Shown here: positions 8,892 through 21,100 of the stretch, piece after piece | How positions within the stretch are numbered: the first letter of the stretch is position 1 | How the letters are laid out: the number at the start of each line of letters is the position of its first letter | DNA from: Camelus dromedarius | Taxonomy: Eukaryota | Direction of reading: 5' to 3' | Length of the DNA: 64,000 bases | Assembly (NCBI RefSeq): GCF_036321535.1 | Contig: NC_087473.1 | Location: 13,206,001-13,270,000, forward strand | The notes under the pieces: model-generated | The model's database searches: none | Seen by the model: the letters and a program-made list of their open reading frames with translations, nothing else | What the model was told of the DNA's origin: nothing | Made by a program: the position numbers and the translations under genes

Positions 8892-10924
8892 TCAGTTACC
8901 TCTCCCGGCGCCTTGCTCCCTCGGGTAGCAGCGCAGGGGGTTGGGCCACAGGTCCTCGCCGATGATCTGGCAGAGGGAACGGGCAGGTCGGGACAGGGCC
9001 CACACCCCTTCCCCGAGCAGCTGGCCACCGCCGACGTCGCCATTTCCGACCAGGCCCCGAGGGACCCCCACCTCAGCAATCCCGTTAGACCCGGGGCACT
9101 TGTGGCCTGACAACCAGTTGAGGAAGTGAAGACTGACGGTGTCCTGCCTGCGGCTGGGGGCTCCCCGTTCGTAATCCCAGAACCACTGGACTGGAGTGGA
9201 ACTATACGCCCTATAGCCTAGAGGAAGAGTGGGGATACGGGGAGGGATCGCCCTGGCCCAGCGTCCAAGGCCTCCGGGGCACACCCCGCCCCGCCCCGCC
9301 CCGCTCCGCTCCCTTCCCCCATCCCGGGACAGCCCACCTACCTGCGAAGCTAAGGTGATACTCCTTAAGGATCACTTGGTTGCACAAGTAGGGCTTGCTC
9401 CGGAAAAAGAACATCAGTCTGCAGCGGTACTCGGGGCGGCCCAGTTCCTGCGCCTGCCACGCCCAACAGCAGGAGAAGAGTGAACTCTCGTCCCGGCCAC
9501 CTGAGCTGGCCTGCCCGGCAGGGATGAACCACTTCCCCTTCCGCTCTCCCGCTGCTCACACCCAGCCCTCGGGGACACCCGGCCCCCTCCGCCCCGCATC
9601 CCCCATCCCCCACCCCCCACCCCCCACCGTGGCCTCCGTCTGCCCGGCCTGACCTCCAGCTGGATCATGTAGCTCCGCACACCTTCGTCTCGGTCACTGA
9701 TCAAGGCCGACAGCTGGGGATGATTCACAATCTTCAGTAGGTCAAGGAGCCTTCACGTGTTACGGCTGGAAGAGCCACAGCCAACACAGCCAGGCTGGGG
9801 CGAAAGGAAGAGACCAGACAGGCGATCTGCCGGGACTCCGGGCGCGCACTGCTGCCCACCCCATCGCCCCACACCTCCGACCTCCTCGGCCCCTGCCCTG
9901 CCGTCTCACACGCACGTGGAGGCGGGGTTCCGGCCTTCCCGTGCATCTTGGGCTGTCCGCACCCCCTCGGGGAGCGCCTGTTCCCTCGATCGTCCCCGAC
10001 ATTCCAGCTGGCCTGCGTGTGCTGGGTGCAGGCTTGTCACCGCGGGCGGAGTCGGGATGTGCTCTGCCCCCGTGGACCCATGCCTCCTCTGAGTAGGGGA
10101 CGCCCCAGGGGTGCTGACAGGAAGCCCCGGGCCTCTGAGCCGCCCTCTGCGGTGAGAGGAGTCTGTCTGTATGGCTAAGTCTGCAGCTCCGGGGGACTCA
10201 CAGGGTGCAACGGGGAGGGCACGTGCTTCTGCCTGCACGAGAAGGCCCGGTGGAGGCCGGGCTCGGAGCCCACCCGAGGGCGTGTCTGGGGTCCCGTAGT
10301 CTTGCCCGGGACGGGGGCCTCTTGCAGCTCACACCTGGCCGCGGACGACCTGGGTCCTTGGCACGGACGTGGCGGCAACATATCCACAGCCTCTGGCTGA
10401 CTGGGATGGGTCCTGCACGCCCACCGGTCTCCTGGGATTTCCCCCGGAGACTGCACACTTCCACTCTCTGCTCTGTGGGGAAGGTGCTGGGGGCTCTGCG
10501 CGTGCTTTCCACTGTTGCCGTGTGCCCCATGACCCCAGCAAGGCTTCCCCTGCAGGCCCCACGCCAGAAGGTTCCACCCAAATTTGGCGCTCCCACGCCT
10601 GCACGTTTGGCCTTTGGCCCTCAGCGCCCTCATGCTGTGCCCTTGCAGGCCTCCATGCCTCCACTCTCAGGCCTCTTCCCTTGGCCTTGGCGCCCGCCTT
10701 CCTCGCTTCCTCCTGCCCCTTGTTCCGCCGCTCCCAGTCCTCCTCTTCTTTCTCCTCCTGCTTCCCCTCCCCACCCTGCCCTGCGCCCCCGCACCCAGAC
10801 CCCCGGCCCTGGCCCCGGCCCCAGTCCGTTGCCGCCTCCCCTCCTCCTCCCCCTGTCCCAACCTCCTTCTCGCCCTGTTCCCCCTCCTCGGCCCCCTCCT
10901 GCCCTCCAGCAGCAGCCAGCCCCA

Positions 10925-10995
<71 letters not shown>

Positions 10996-11361
10996 CAGCA
11001 GCAGCAAGTATACAGGTTTGGCCCAGAAGCCGGGGATGTCCTGGATGATGGCTTTTCTTCGATCCAAACGAGGCTCCCGCCTCCGTCGGATCCTGCGCTT
11101 GAGCCGCAAGTAGGCCCCGCTGGCTTGGGCGTTCACAGCGCTCTGCTCTAACTGAAGGGCCCCCAGCGCCTCCAGCGGGCTCAGAGAGGTCGGGGGTCCG
11201 CTCCCTGGCTCTGCGCGCCCCTGCTTCCGGGGCTTCTCTTCCCGCTCCTTGGCCTGCACCTCCTCCTCCTCCTCCTCCTCCCGCGGCTCCTGCTCCTCCT
11301 GCTCCTCCTCCGCCACCACCTCCTCCATGTCGTCCGCCAGCAGCGCCAACGCCTCCCCCAT
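8892..11361 (-). CDS. TSPY: TSPY-like protein, copy 2. Exons 11361-11014, 9731-9654, 9453-9342, 9217-9072, 8966-8892; 252 aa from the MGEAL ATG
   Basis: The spliced frame is open with GT-AG introns. NAP motifs IPGFW, NHPQ, FFRSKPY, KEY, STPVQW, FLNW, IAE and DLWPNPL are present. There is no C-terminal acidic tail (unlike TSPX/TSPYL2), and introns are present (unlike the intronless TSPYL retrogenes). Upstream in-frame TGA at 11415-11413. Confidence 0.9.
10927..11007. repeat. Interrupted CAG/CTG repeat, copy 2 (27 triplets, middle run of 11)
   Basis: Read directly. Confidence 0.97.
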
Positions 11362-11412
11362 GCCCACAACCTCCGCCTCTGTCGATGCAGCTGCTGCCGC
11401 TGCCGCCGCCAC

Positions 11413-11859
11413 TCACTCCCGCACGGCCTCCACCCTCAGGCTGCTGGCCTCCTCGCACCTGCCACCCGCTAGTGCCTGCTCTGTTCCCAGCCCTGCCATG
11501 GCAGCGGGAGGCCCGCGGGCCCCTGCCTCCTGAAGGCCCCCTCCCACAGCTAAGGCCACCCAGGATTCCTGGGGAGCCCCGCCTTCCCCGGGCCCCCGCC
11601 TCACTGGCCCTGTGGCCCTGGCCCTGAGCTGCGAGCCGCAGCTGCCAATGCCGAGGAACAAGGAGCGGGAGGTGGAGGCGTAGCACGTGGCCGGAGGAGC
11701 CGGCCGAGCGGCCGAGGTCCCCGCGCGCAGGCGCTGCCGCTGGCGCTGGCGCTGGCGCTCCGCGCTTGGGTCTTCCAGGGCTCGCTGCCGCCCGGACCCG
11801 GCGGCCTGCTGTGCGGCCCCCTGGCAGCTGGGGCGCATGGGCATGGCCTCGTACCCCAT
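11413..11859 (-). pseudogene. Stop-severed TSPY N-terminal segment, copy 2
   Basis: As copy 1; ORF-track entry 11413..11958 ends in RVEAVRE*. Confidence 0.7.
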
Positions 11860-14800
11860 CCCCGCCACGCCCCACGAGGCCCGTGGGAATTTGCAGCTTG
11901 GCTGGAAGGAGGCCCGAGTCGAGTCGGGCCCAGGCCGCTCGCCCCACCTCCCGACCAATCGGGGAGCGGCCAGTGGGCGTCACCCTGCAAGGCCCCGCCC
12001 CCCGGCCGGGAACCCGGCCGGCCGCCTGGCCTCCGCAGCCCCAGCTTTCAGCCCAGCTCCCTGCCCAGCTTCCAGGGGGCACCTGGGCCGCGCGCTGCCT
12101 CCAGGGAGGCCTCCGGCCTTGCATCTCTCTGGCACTGCCCGGCGGCCCGCTGACACCTCTTCGGTTTCTGTCACCTCCCACCACGTGCCCCCCACCTCCC
12201 CACCCCACCCCCAACCCCACCCCCGACCACCTGTCACTCCGGTTTCACGCGGCCCCTTCACCCCCTGGGAAATCTGCTAAGCTCCAGAGGGAAAGACAGC
12301 CCGGGTACTTTGCTTCCAGCCAGTGTCTGTCAGAGTTGAACTGCTCTGCTCTAGGGGACAAAAGCCATGCAGCAGCGTGTTCTCTTTGTCTTCGCTCTCT
12401 CTCCCTGTCTCCCCCTTGCTGTGACTCTCCCGCGTCTCTCTCTGTGTGTCTCTGCGCCTCTCTGTGTGTGGCCGTGCGTGTGTGGGTGGGTGTGCGTGTG
12501 AGTGTCTCCGCTTCCGCTCTCTCCCTCCCTCCCTCGCCCCCTCCCCTCCCGTTCCCGGGATCTCTGTTAGCTCCCACAGACACATAATGGCTTTCAGAAA
12601 GCTACCCTGCCCGGAAATAGAAGACTTCTCCGCCCGGGCCAGCGGAACCCCACAGTCTGGACGTGGGCGTGTCCACACCATTGCACGAAGGCCCTTCCTG
12701 TGCTAGAGAGGCCAGGCCGTGCCTTTCTCCCAGCCAGCAAAGGTGACCGGCATCCGTCGCCGCCGGGATCGCCCGACACTGCGCAAGACGAAGCCCTGGC
12801 CAGCCTGTGCAGAGAGAGACAGGCAGAGGGACGACGCGGTTTGCCGGCACGCTGGACCCACCCCCCCCCCACCCTCCACCCCGCCCCGAACAGTGGTGTT
12901 TGGCAGCCCAGACAGTAAGGTGTTTAGGACGCCACCCGGGTCGGCGGCCACCGCACGGCACGCCTTCAGCGCCGCAGACGGAAGGAAGTGACTTCTGCCC
13001 GCAGTGTGAACGCCCTTGGAGGTGGTTCCGCTCTCGCCCAGCCTCCAGATGAGCACCCGTCCCAGCCTTCGCCTTCACTGCAGCCTTTCTCGCCGACAAA
13101 GCCAGTGTGTGCCACTTGCTAATGCAGCGCTGCTGGTCGGCCTCCCGAACCTTACCAAACAAGCAAGGCAAGGTGTTTCCTGTCGGCCTACTCGGAGGGA
13201 GGACAGGACGCGTGTGCCGCCGCCAAGGAGCTCAAGGTTCAAAGGTGGTTGTCGCTCTGGGGGCGGGGGCGGGGGCGGGGGGCCCTGGTCTTCCGCACGC
13301 GGCAAGCAATCTGCCCTATCCTATTTCCTGCGTCCTTCGCACCTTCCCTGTCTCTCCAGAAAGCACGGGACTTCCCCACTGCCTCTTCTGGCAGCCCGGT
13401 GATTCCAGCTGGCCCAGAGTCGACGTCCGTTTCGAAAGCCTGTCACGTTTTCAGGGTCCGTGCACGCACGCCTGCCTTCGAGCCCCACTCTCAGGCCTCC
13501 TCACCAGACACGCACACGCACACGCACACGCACGAGCGGAGGCACACCTGCACGCGTGCAGACCTATACGTCTACACGCTGCCCGCCGTCTGTGTTTCCA
13601 GGAGAAAGGATTTTTTACCTGCGCCCCTCTCGCCCCGCTCCCGCAGCCCGTCGTGTGAGTCCTTGTTCTCTCCCCGGATATTGCTGCCTTCCGCCCGCCT
13701 GGGTTGGCTTCTCTCCCAGCTGCCTTTGACTGCCGGACCGCGGGAAGCACACAGGCACGACGTCATTTCCCTTGGTCCTCTCTCACCAAGCGGAGAGGAA
13801 TCTCAAGCTGTCTGGGGCCTAGCCGTCTTGGAGCTCACCTGTCCCTTCCTGCCGATGTCCCGGGCGCTCCAGTGCCCCCAGTGAGCTTCCCAGCGAGATG
13901 CTCGTGCCCTCCTTTGCTCTGCACGAGCACGTGTCTGCCCTGAACTGCCTTCTTGTTGCCTCTCACACGGCCTTCGGAGGCCCCTGGCAGCCAGGGCTCT
14001 TTGCAAGAGCTGTCTTCCTGTAGCACAAGAGGGCCAAGTGTAAGCTGTCTTGCCGAAGCGTCCCACACAAGGTCCTTAAGAATGTGGGGATCACCGCCTG
14101 TCTGAAGGAAGAAGCCAGTGAAGCCGAGCAGGGAAGGGTCAGGTGGCCGCCCTTCCCGTCCTGCCGTCTGCCGCAGAGCCTGCCGCGACACACACGGGCA
14201 GGCGCGCACTCACTCACAGACACGCACGCTCGCACGCACACTCACGCGCAGAGCCACCTCGGGAATCTTGCAGGCCCTGGGACCAGAGATCGTGCCTCCC
14301 TGGGGCGGAAGGCAGCATGCCTTTTCGTGTGCCCGGAGCCCTGGCTACCACTCAGGGGCCTCAGGGGCTTTGTAAATGTCAGGGCTACCGTTCGGCCTCT
14401 CTGGATCCTTCTCTGCTGGCCACGCCCACGGCTCAGGTATCCCTCGTGGCCTACACGTCCCTCAGGCCACACGCTCCAGGTCACGGGTGGGCCAGGCCAC
14501 ATCCAAGGGGCCGACTTAAGACGGGCGGTGACCCGTCGGCGCCCCCTGGCCCAGACCTCTCGCGGGTCGCCTGTGACAAGAGCGGAGGACGGGCCGCAGC
14601 ATCACAGGCCAGAGACGTGCAAGGCGCCAGCCGCACACGGACGTGCGTGCATGTGAGGCGTGATGGAGGGCAGGGAGCCGGGGCACCTGACAGGGGGGCT
14701 CCCGGCCACAGTCAGACAAACAGACACAGATGCATCCGCGGCAAGAGGGGAGCAAGACGGGCAAGGCCCACCCAGAAACTGCCTTTCCACGCAGGACACC

Positions 14801-17800
14801 AGCAAGCCCCTGGCCAACGTCCGTACGCCCGACCCGTCCTGCGACAGTGGGAGCCTGCCCGTGCGCACTTCCATCGATGAGGGAGACCAGCGCCGGACAT
14901 GTCGTCGCGCCTGGGACTGCCCGGGTGCCCTGGTACCCGCAGGGGCGGCACGGAGGATGTGGGTCCTCCACCGTGGGACAACACCTGAAGGTAAGGGCCC
15001 GAGTGAAATGCCCCAGCAGGCATGGCCAGTTCCCACGTCCGTCTGAGCTTTGTCCGAGCCCCAGGAAGAATCCCACTTAAGCCGCGTCGCGTCCTCCAGG
15101 TTGGACCGCAAGGCCCGGCCACGGCACCCGAGCCTACGGGGGCCGGCTGCCTGTAAGCCTTCCTCCCCTACCCGTTGCCGGCTCGACACGTTCCCCGCCT
15201 CCACTGCAGGGCAGGCCGGACCCGACCCCAGCCGTGGCGCCTACGGGCGCTTGGGGCGGCAAAGGTCGAGCGAGCCTTGTGAGAACCCTGCCCAATCATT
15301 CCTCGAGTCTCTCCCCTTTGGCAGGTCCTTCTCAAGAGCCCTGGCCAGGCCTAGAGGCCTGAGGGGCCGCGGCCCTGCGGGGCGCCCACCACGGCCGCCT
15401 CAGCCCTCCCTCTGGGCCCCAGCCGCAGGGTCCCTGCAACGCAGCTGCCCTCGTGCCTTCAGAGCAGGGGAACCTAGGCACTGACCTGGGGAAGGGGCGA
15501 GGACAGCAGCAGCCCGAGCGGGACAAGAGGGGACCTCTGCCACCCTACGATTGTACACGGAGGCTCTCCGGCCTTCGGGTCCCCAAACCCGACAGGCCGC
15601 AGCTGGTAGCGGACAGCCGGTGCCGCTGGGAGGCCAGGGAGGGCTGGGATCCATGAACCTCCCACCGCAACCCTCCACGACCGTGAAACGTTCTGCTGGG
15701 GCAGTCGGTCAAGCACACCCCCAAAGTGCGGCAAAGCAGGGGCGCTGTGGGGTGTCGTCGGGGACAGAGATGCTCACCACGCGGCCAAACTGCAAGGGAC
15801 CGGGAGGGAGAGAGGGGGCACGCACCGCGCTCTCCCAGGCCCGGCTGTCCCACAGACGGTGCCTAGCTTTGTGCGGGGACCTCAGGTGTCTCCGGAAAGC
15901 GGCTGTCCCCTCGGGAAGGACCCCGCCGGGTGCTGGCCACCGACTGCCCTCCCCATCCCGTCTCGTCCCGCCCCCCACCCCAGACCTGCCCACTCGCCAC
16001 CCCCCCAACACACACAGCCCCCCACCGCCTGCCGCCATCCCTCCCACAGGCCCCTTGCCCAAGATCTGTCTGCACCAGGACTGTCCCCTTCCGGTGGCCT
16101 GATGCCCAGGCAGCTCGGGGCTGTGTGTTGGAGGGATGTGTGGCTGGCAGTTCCCTGACCAGGACAGAGCCGCAGGGACTGTGTCCCGAGGAGAAGCGTG
16201 AGTTACTCTGAACGTTCGGGCCCCTTAGCTAGCCAGCGCAGACTCGGGTAGAAGCTTTCGGCCTACGTGTCACACAGCCTGAAGAGCGGCACAGCCCGCC
16301 ACGGCGCAACGCCGGCGTGGGAGAGAGGGGAGGCGGCACACTGCCGGTCTGGGGCGGCGCGGGCCCTGCGGCCCCGCCCCCTGACCTTCGCCCCTCGGAC
16401 TGTTGCGCCCCACGAGGAGACCCCAGGGAAAGGAAGGCGCTCACGCCCCGGGAGGCCTTTCCAGCAGGGGGAAGGGGCTCCTGTCTGCCACTTCCTCTCC
16501 TCCCCAAGACCCCGGAGCCTGAAAGCCAGCAATCTCGCTGCTGCCCCAGCCCCCGGAGGCGCCGGTCTTTTCCGCTCCCGCCCAGCCCCCGCCCGCAAAC
16601 AGCCCGGCACCCTTGCCCGCCTGCTCCCCTGCTCCCTCACCCGCACAGCCTCACGCGCCGGCACGGGGCCACAGCCGCAGCTCACGCCCGCCTTTCCCTC
16701 ACACTTGCTTGGACCCCTGCACCGCCCCACCCAGCCAGGGCTGAGCGGGGTCATGCCCGGAAGGATTCCACACTCACAGCCTGCCTCCTGGGGCGCCTGG
16801 GGGTGAACAGGGACCCTCGGCTTAAGAAGTCGCCCGTCTGGCGTGGGGCCGACGGCTGGCGCACACCCCAGACGGAGGGGGCTGAGTGAGGCTCCGCGAG
16901 CAGAGTGAACACTGAACCCAAGCCACAGCGGGCCACGAGGCCCCTACCCGCCAGCACCGGTCCCCGTCTCCTTCCCCGGCCCACGCAACAGGTCCCCAGC
17001 GCACCAGCCTGTCTCTTTCGTTGCTTCCTGCTCCGAGACCCTGCCCTGTTCGGAGGCAACCTGGCCTCCCCGGAGCAGCAGCCGAGTCCTGCCCTTCCCA
17101 CGTCCTCCACTTCCTCAGGACCGCCTCTCTGCCACACACGGGCAGCCGGTTCAAAAGCCCCACCGGACTGGGCCGGAACATCGCCAATCGGCGACCCGCG
17201 AACAATCACACAGGACGGGAGCAAGACAGGAGCACTCGTTAGCTTGTTGATGTCTCTCTCGGCCTCATTCCGGGTACGTGCTGCCCACCCTCTGCAACCT
17301 CCACTGGCGATCCTTTCCTCGTTCCTCTCCTTTGCCCCAGACCCCGGCCGCCGGCCTCCCGCGTCTGCACGCGCCTCCGGGCTCTCCTTCTACTCGGCCG
17401 AACTCGCCTGCTCCGTCGCCTTCACCGCCAGCTCTGCAGGACCACCGACGCGTGAGAAAGCCTGCTCGCGGGCACGCGTGCACAGAACGACACGGACACG
17501 CTCGGGAACAACACAAGGCGTAGCTGAAGCGGCCTGTGTCCAACAGACAACCGGAGAGATGGCGCACAACAGGCAGCACGCCCCGCCCTTTCTCCCCGGC
17601 GCCTCCCCGCTGGCCACCAGCCAGCCTGCGGCCCTTTCCAGGGCCGTCCGGGTGGAGCCAGGTCGCTAAGGGATGCGCCTGGACATTCAGGGAAGACTGG
17701 GAGAACCAGCCCAGGAGAGGGACGGGACGCGACCCGGGAGCCCACCTCCTCAGCGTCTGGAGGCCTTGGCCATGCGGCCGGGGGCGGACGGAGGGGCCCA

Positions 17801-18130
17801 GCTGATCCCAAACGCGGAGGCAGTCGGACGAGGCCCCAGGGAGGGCCGAAGCCAGGAAGTGCCGACGCACATGAGGGTGCCTGAGGAGGCCCGCTCCTTT
17901 CTCGGACACCCCTGGGACGTTCACCGAAAGCTGAAAGCTTCGGTGCTCTGCGCGTGCGCCTGGGTCCTCCGGGCCCCTGGCTCACCCTCGCGCCCGCTCC
18001 CTGGGCGGCCTGGGGTCGCCCCGCTCCCAGGCTTCTCTCAGCCTGCCTCTCCCCGATTGGGAAAGGGTCCGGGAAACACTCTTCACCAACACCCCCAGCC
18101 CCCCGGGCTCCTCAGGGACGTGTCCCCCTC

Positions 18131-20165
18131 TCAGTTACCTCTCCCGGCGCCTTGCTCCCTCGGGTAGCAGCGCAGGGGGTTGGGCCACAGGTCCTCGCCG
18201 ATGATCTGGCAGAGGGAACGGGCAGGTCGGGACAGGGCCCACACCCCTTCCCCGAGCAGCTGGCCACCGCCGACGTCGCCATTTCCGACCAGGCCCCGAG
18301 GGACCCCCACCTCAGCAATCCCGTTAGACCCGGGGCACTTGTGGCCTGACAACCAGTTGAGGAAGTGAAGACTGACGGTGTCCTGCCTGCGGCTGGGGGC
18401 TCCCCGTTCGTAATCCCAGAACCACTGGACTGGAGTGGAACTATACGCCCTATAGCCTAGAGGAAGAGTGGGGATACGGGGAGGGATCGCCCTGGCCCAG
18501 CGTCCAAGGCCTCCGGGGCACACCCCGCCCCGCCCCGCCCCGCCCCGCTCCGCTCCCTTCCCCCATCCCGGGACAGCCCACCTACCTGCGAAGCTAAGGT
18601 GATACTCCTTAAGGATCACTTGGTTGCACAAGTAGGGCTTGCTCCGGAAAAAGAACATCAGTCTGCAGCGGTACTCGGGGCGGCCCAGTTCCTGCGCCTG
18701 CCACGCCCAACAGCAGGAGAAGAGTGAACTCTCGTCCCGGCCACCTGAGCTGGCCTGCCCGGCAGGGATGAACCACTTCCCCTTCCGCTCTCCCGCTGCT
18801 CACACCCAGCCCTCGGGGACACCCGGCCCCCTCCGCCCCGCATCCCCCATCCCCCACCCCCCACCCCCCACCGTGGCCTCCGTCTGCCCGGCCTGACCTC
18901 CAGCTGGATCATGTAGCTCCGCACACCTTCGTCTCGGTCACTGATCAAGGCCGACAGCTGGGGATGATTCACAATCTTCAGTAGGTCAAGGAGCCTTCAC
19001 GTGTTACGGCTGGAAGAGCCACAGCCAACACAGCCAGGCTGGGGCGAAAGGAAGAGACCAGACAGGCGATCTGCCGGGACTCCGGGCGCGCACTGCTGCC
19101 CACCCCATCGCCCCACACCTCCGACCTCCTCGGCCCCTGCCCTGCCGTCTCACACGCACGTGGAGGCGGGGTTCCGGCCTTCCCGTGCATCTTGGGCTGT
19201 CCGCACCCCCTCGGGGAGCGCCTGTTCCCCGATCGTCCCCGACCTCTAGCTGGCCTGCGTGTGCTGGGTGCAGGCTTGTCACCGCGGGCGGAGTCGGGAT
19301 GTGCTCTGCCCCCGTGGACCCATGCCTCCTCTGAGTAGGGGACGCCCCAGGGGTGCTGACAGGAAGCCCCGGGCCTCTGAGCCGCCCTCTGCGGTGAGAG
19401 GAGTCTGTCTGTATGGCTAAGTCTGCAGCTCCGGGGGACTCACAGGGTGCAACGGGGAGGGCACGTGCTTCTGCCTGCACGAGAAGGCCCGGTGGAGGCC
19501 GGGCTCGGAGCCCACCCGAGGGCGTGTCTGGGGTCCCGTAGTCTTGCCCGGGACGGGGGCCTCTTGCAGCTCACACCTGGCCGCGGACGACCTGGGTCCT
19601 TGGCACGGACGTGGCGGCAACATATCCACAGCCTCTGGCTGACTGGGATGGGTCCTGCACGCCCACCGGTCTCCTGGGATTTCCCCCGGAGACTGCACAC
19701 TTCCACTCTCTGCTCTGTGGGGAAGGTGCTGGGGGCTCTGCGCGTGCTTTCCACTGTTGCCGTGTGCCCCATGACCCCAGGAAGGCTTCCCCTGCAGGCC
19801 CCACGCCAGAAGGTTCCACCCAAATTTGGCGCTCCCACGCCTGCACGTTTGGCCTTTGGCCCTCAGCGCCCTCATGCTGTGCCCTTGCAGGCCTCCATGC
19901 CTCCACTCTCAGGCCTCTTCCCTTGGCCTTGGCGCCCGCCTTCCTCGCTTCCTCCTGCCCCTTGTTCCGCCGCTCCCAGTCCCCTCTTCTTTCTCCTCCT
20001 GCTTCCCCTCCCCACCCTGCCCTGCGCCCCCGCACCCAGACCCCCGGCCCTGGCCCCGGCCCCAGTCCGTTGCCGCCTCCCCTCCTCCTCCCCCTGTCCC
20101 AACCTCCTTCTCGCCCTGTTCCCCCTCCTCGGCCCCCTCCTGCCCTCCAGCAGCAGCCAGCCCCA

Positions 20166-20236
<71 letters not shown>

Positions 20237-20602
20237 CAGCAGCAGCAAGTATACAGGTTTGGCCCAGAAGCCGGGGATGTCCTGGATGATGGCTTTTCTT
20301 CGATCCAAACGAGGCTCCCGCCTCCGTCGGATCCTGCGCTTGAGCCGCAAGTAGGCCCCGCTGGCTTGGGCGTTCACAGCGCTCTGCTCTAACTGAAGGG
20401 CCCCCAGCGCCTCCAGCGGGCTCAGAGAGGTCGGGGGTCCGCTCCCTGGCTCTGCGCGCCCCTGCTTCCGGGGCTTCTCTTCCCGCTCCTTGGCCTGCAC
20501 CTCCTCCTCCTCCTCCTCCTCCCGCGGCTCCTGCTCCTCCTGCTCCTCCTCCGCCACCACCTCCTCCATGTCGTCCGCCAGCAGCGCCAACGCCTCCCCC
20601 AT
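18131..20602 (-). CDS. TSPY: TSPY-like protein, copy 3. Exons 20602-20255, 18975-18898, 18697-18586, 18456-18311, 18205-18131
   Basis: Same exon structure and motifs as copy 2. Upstream in-frame TGA at 20656-20654. Confidence 0.9.
20168..20248. repeat. Interrupted CAG/CTG repeat, copy 3 (27 triplets)
   Basis: Read directly. Confidence 0.97.
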
Positions 20603-20653
20603 GCCCACAACCTCCGCCTCTGTCGATGCAGCTGCTGCCGCTGCCGCCGCCAC

Positions 20654-21100
20654 TCACTCCCGCACGGCCTCCACCCTCAGGCTGCTGGCCTCCTCGCACC
20701 TGCCACCCGCTAGTGCCTGCTCTGTTCCCAGCCCTGCCATGGCAGCGGGAGGCCCGCGGGCCCCTGCCTCCTGAAGGCCCCCTCCCACAGCTAAGGCCAC
20801 CCAGGATTCCTGGGGAGCCCCGCCTTCCCCGGGCCCCCGCCTCACTGGCCCTGTGGCCCTGGCCCTGAGCTGCGAGCCGCAGCTGCCAATGCCGAGGAAC
20901 AAGGAGCGGGAGGTGGAGGCGTAGCACGTGGCCGGAGGAGCCGGCCGAGCGGCCGAGGTCCCCGCGCGCAGGCGCTGCCGCTGGCGCTGGCGCTGGCGCT
21001 CCGCGCTTGGGTCTTCCAGGGCTCGCTGCCGCCCGGACCCGGCGGCCTGCTGTGCGGCCCCCTGGCAGCTGGGGCGCATGGGCATGGCCTCGTACCCCAT
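20654..21100 (-). pseudogene. Stop-severed TSPY N-terminal segment, copy 3
   Basis: As copy 1; ORF-track entry 20654..21199. Confidence 0.7.

Noticed and set aside
1-9243. rDNA, D4Z4/DUX-type or herpesvirus-like identity for a GC-rich tandem unit
   Set aside because: No rRNA motifs, homeodomain or viral ORFs. The only recognisable gene is spliced TSPY.
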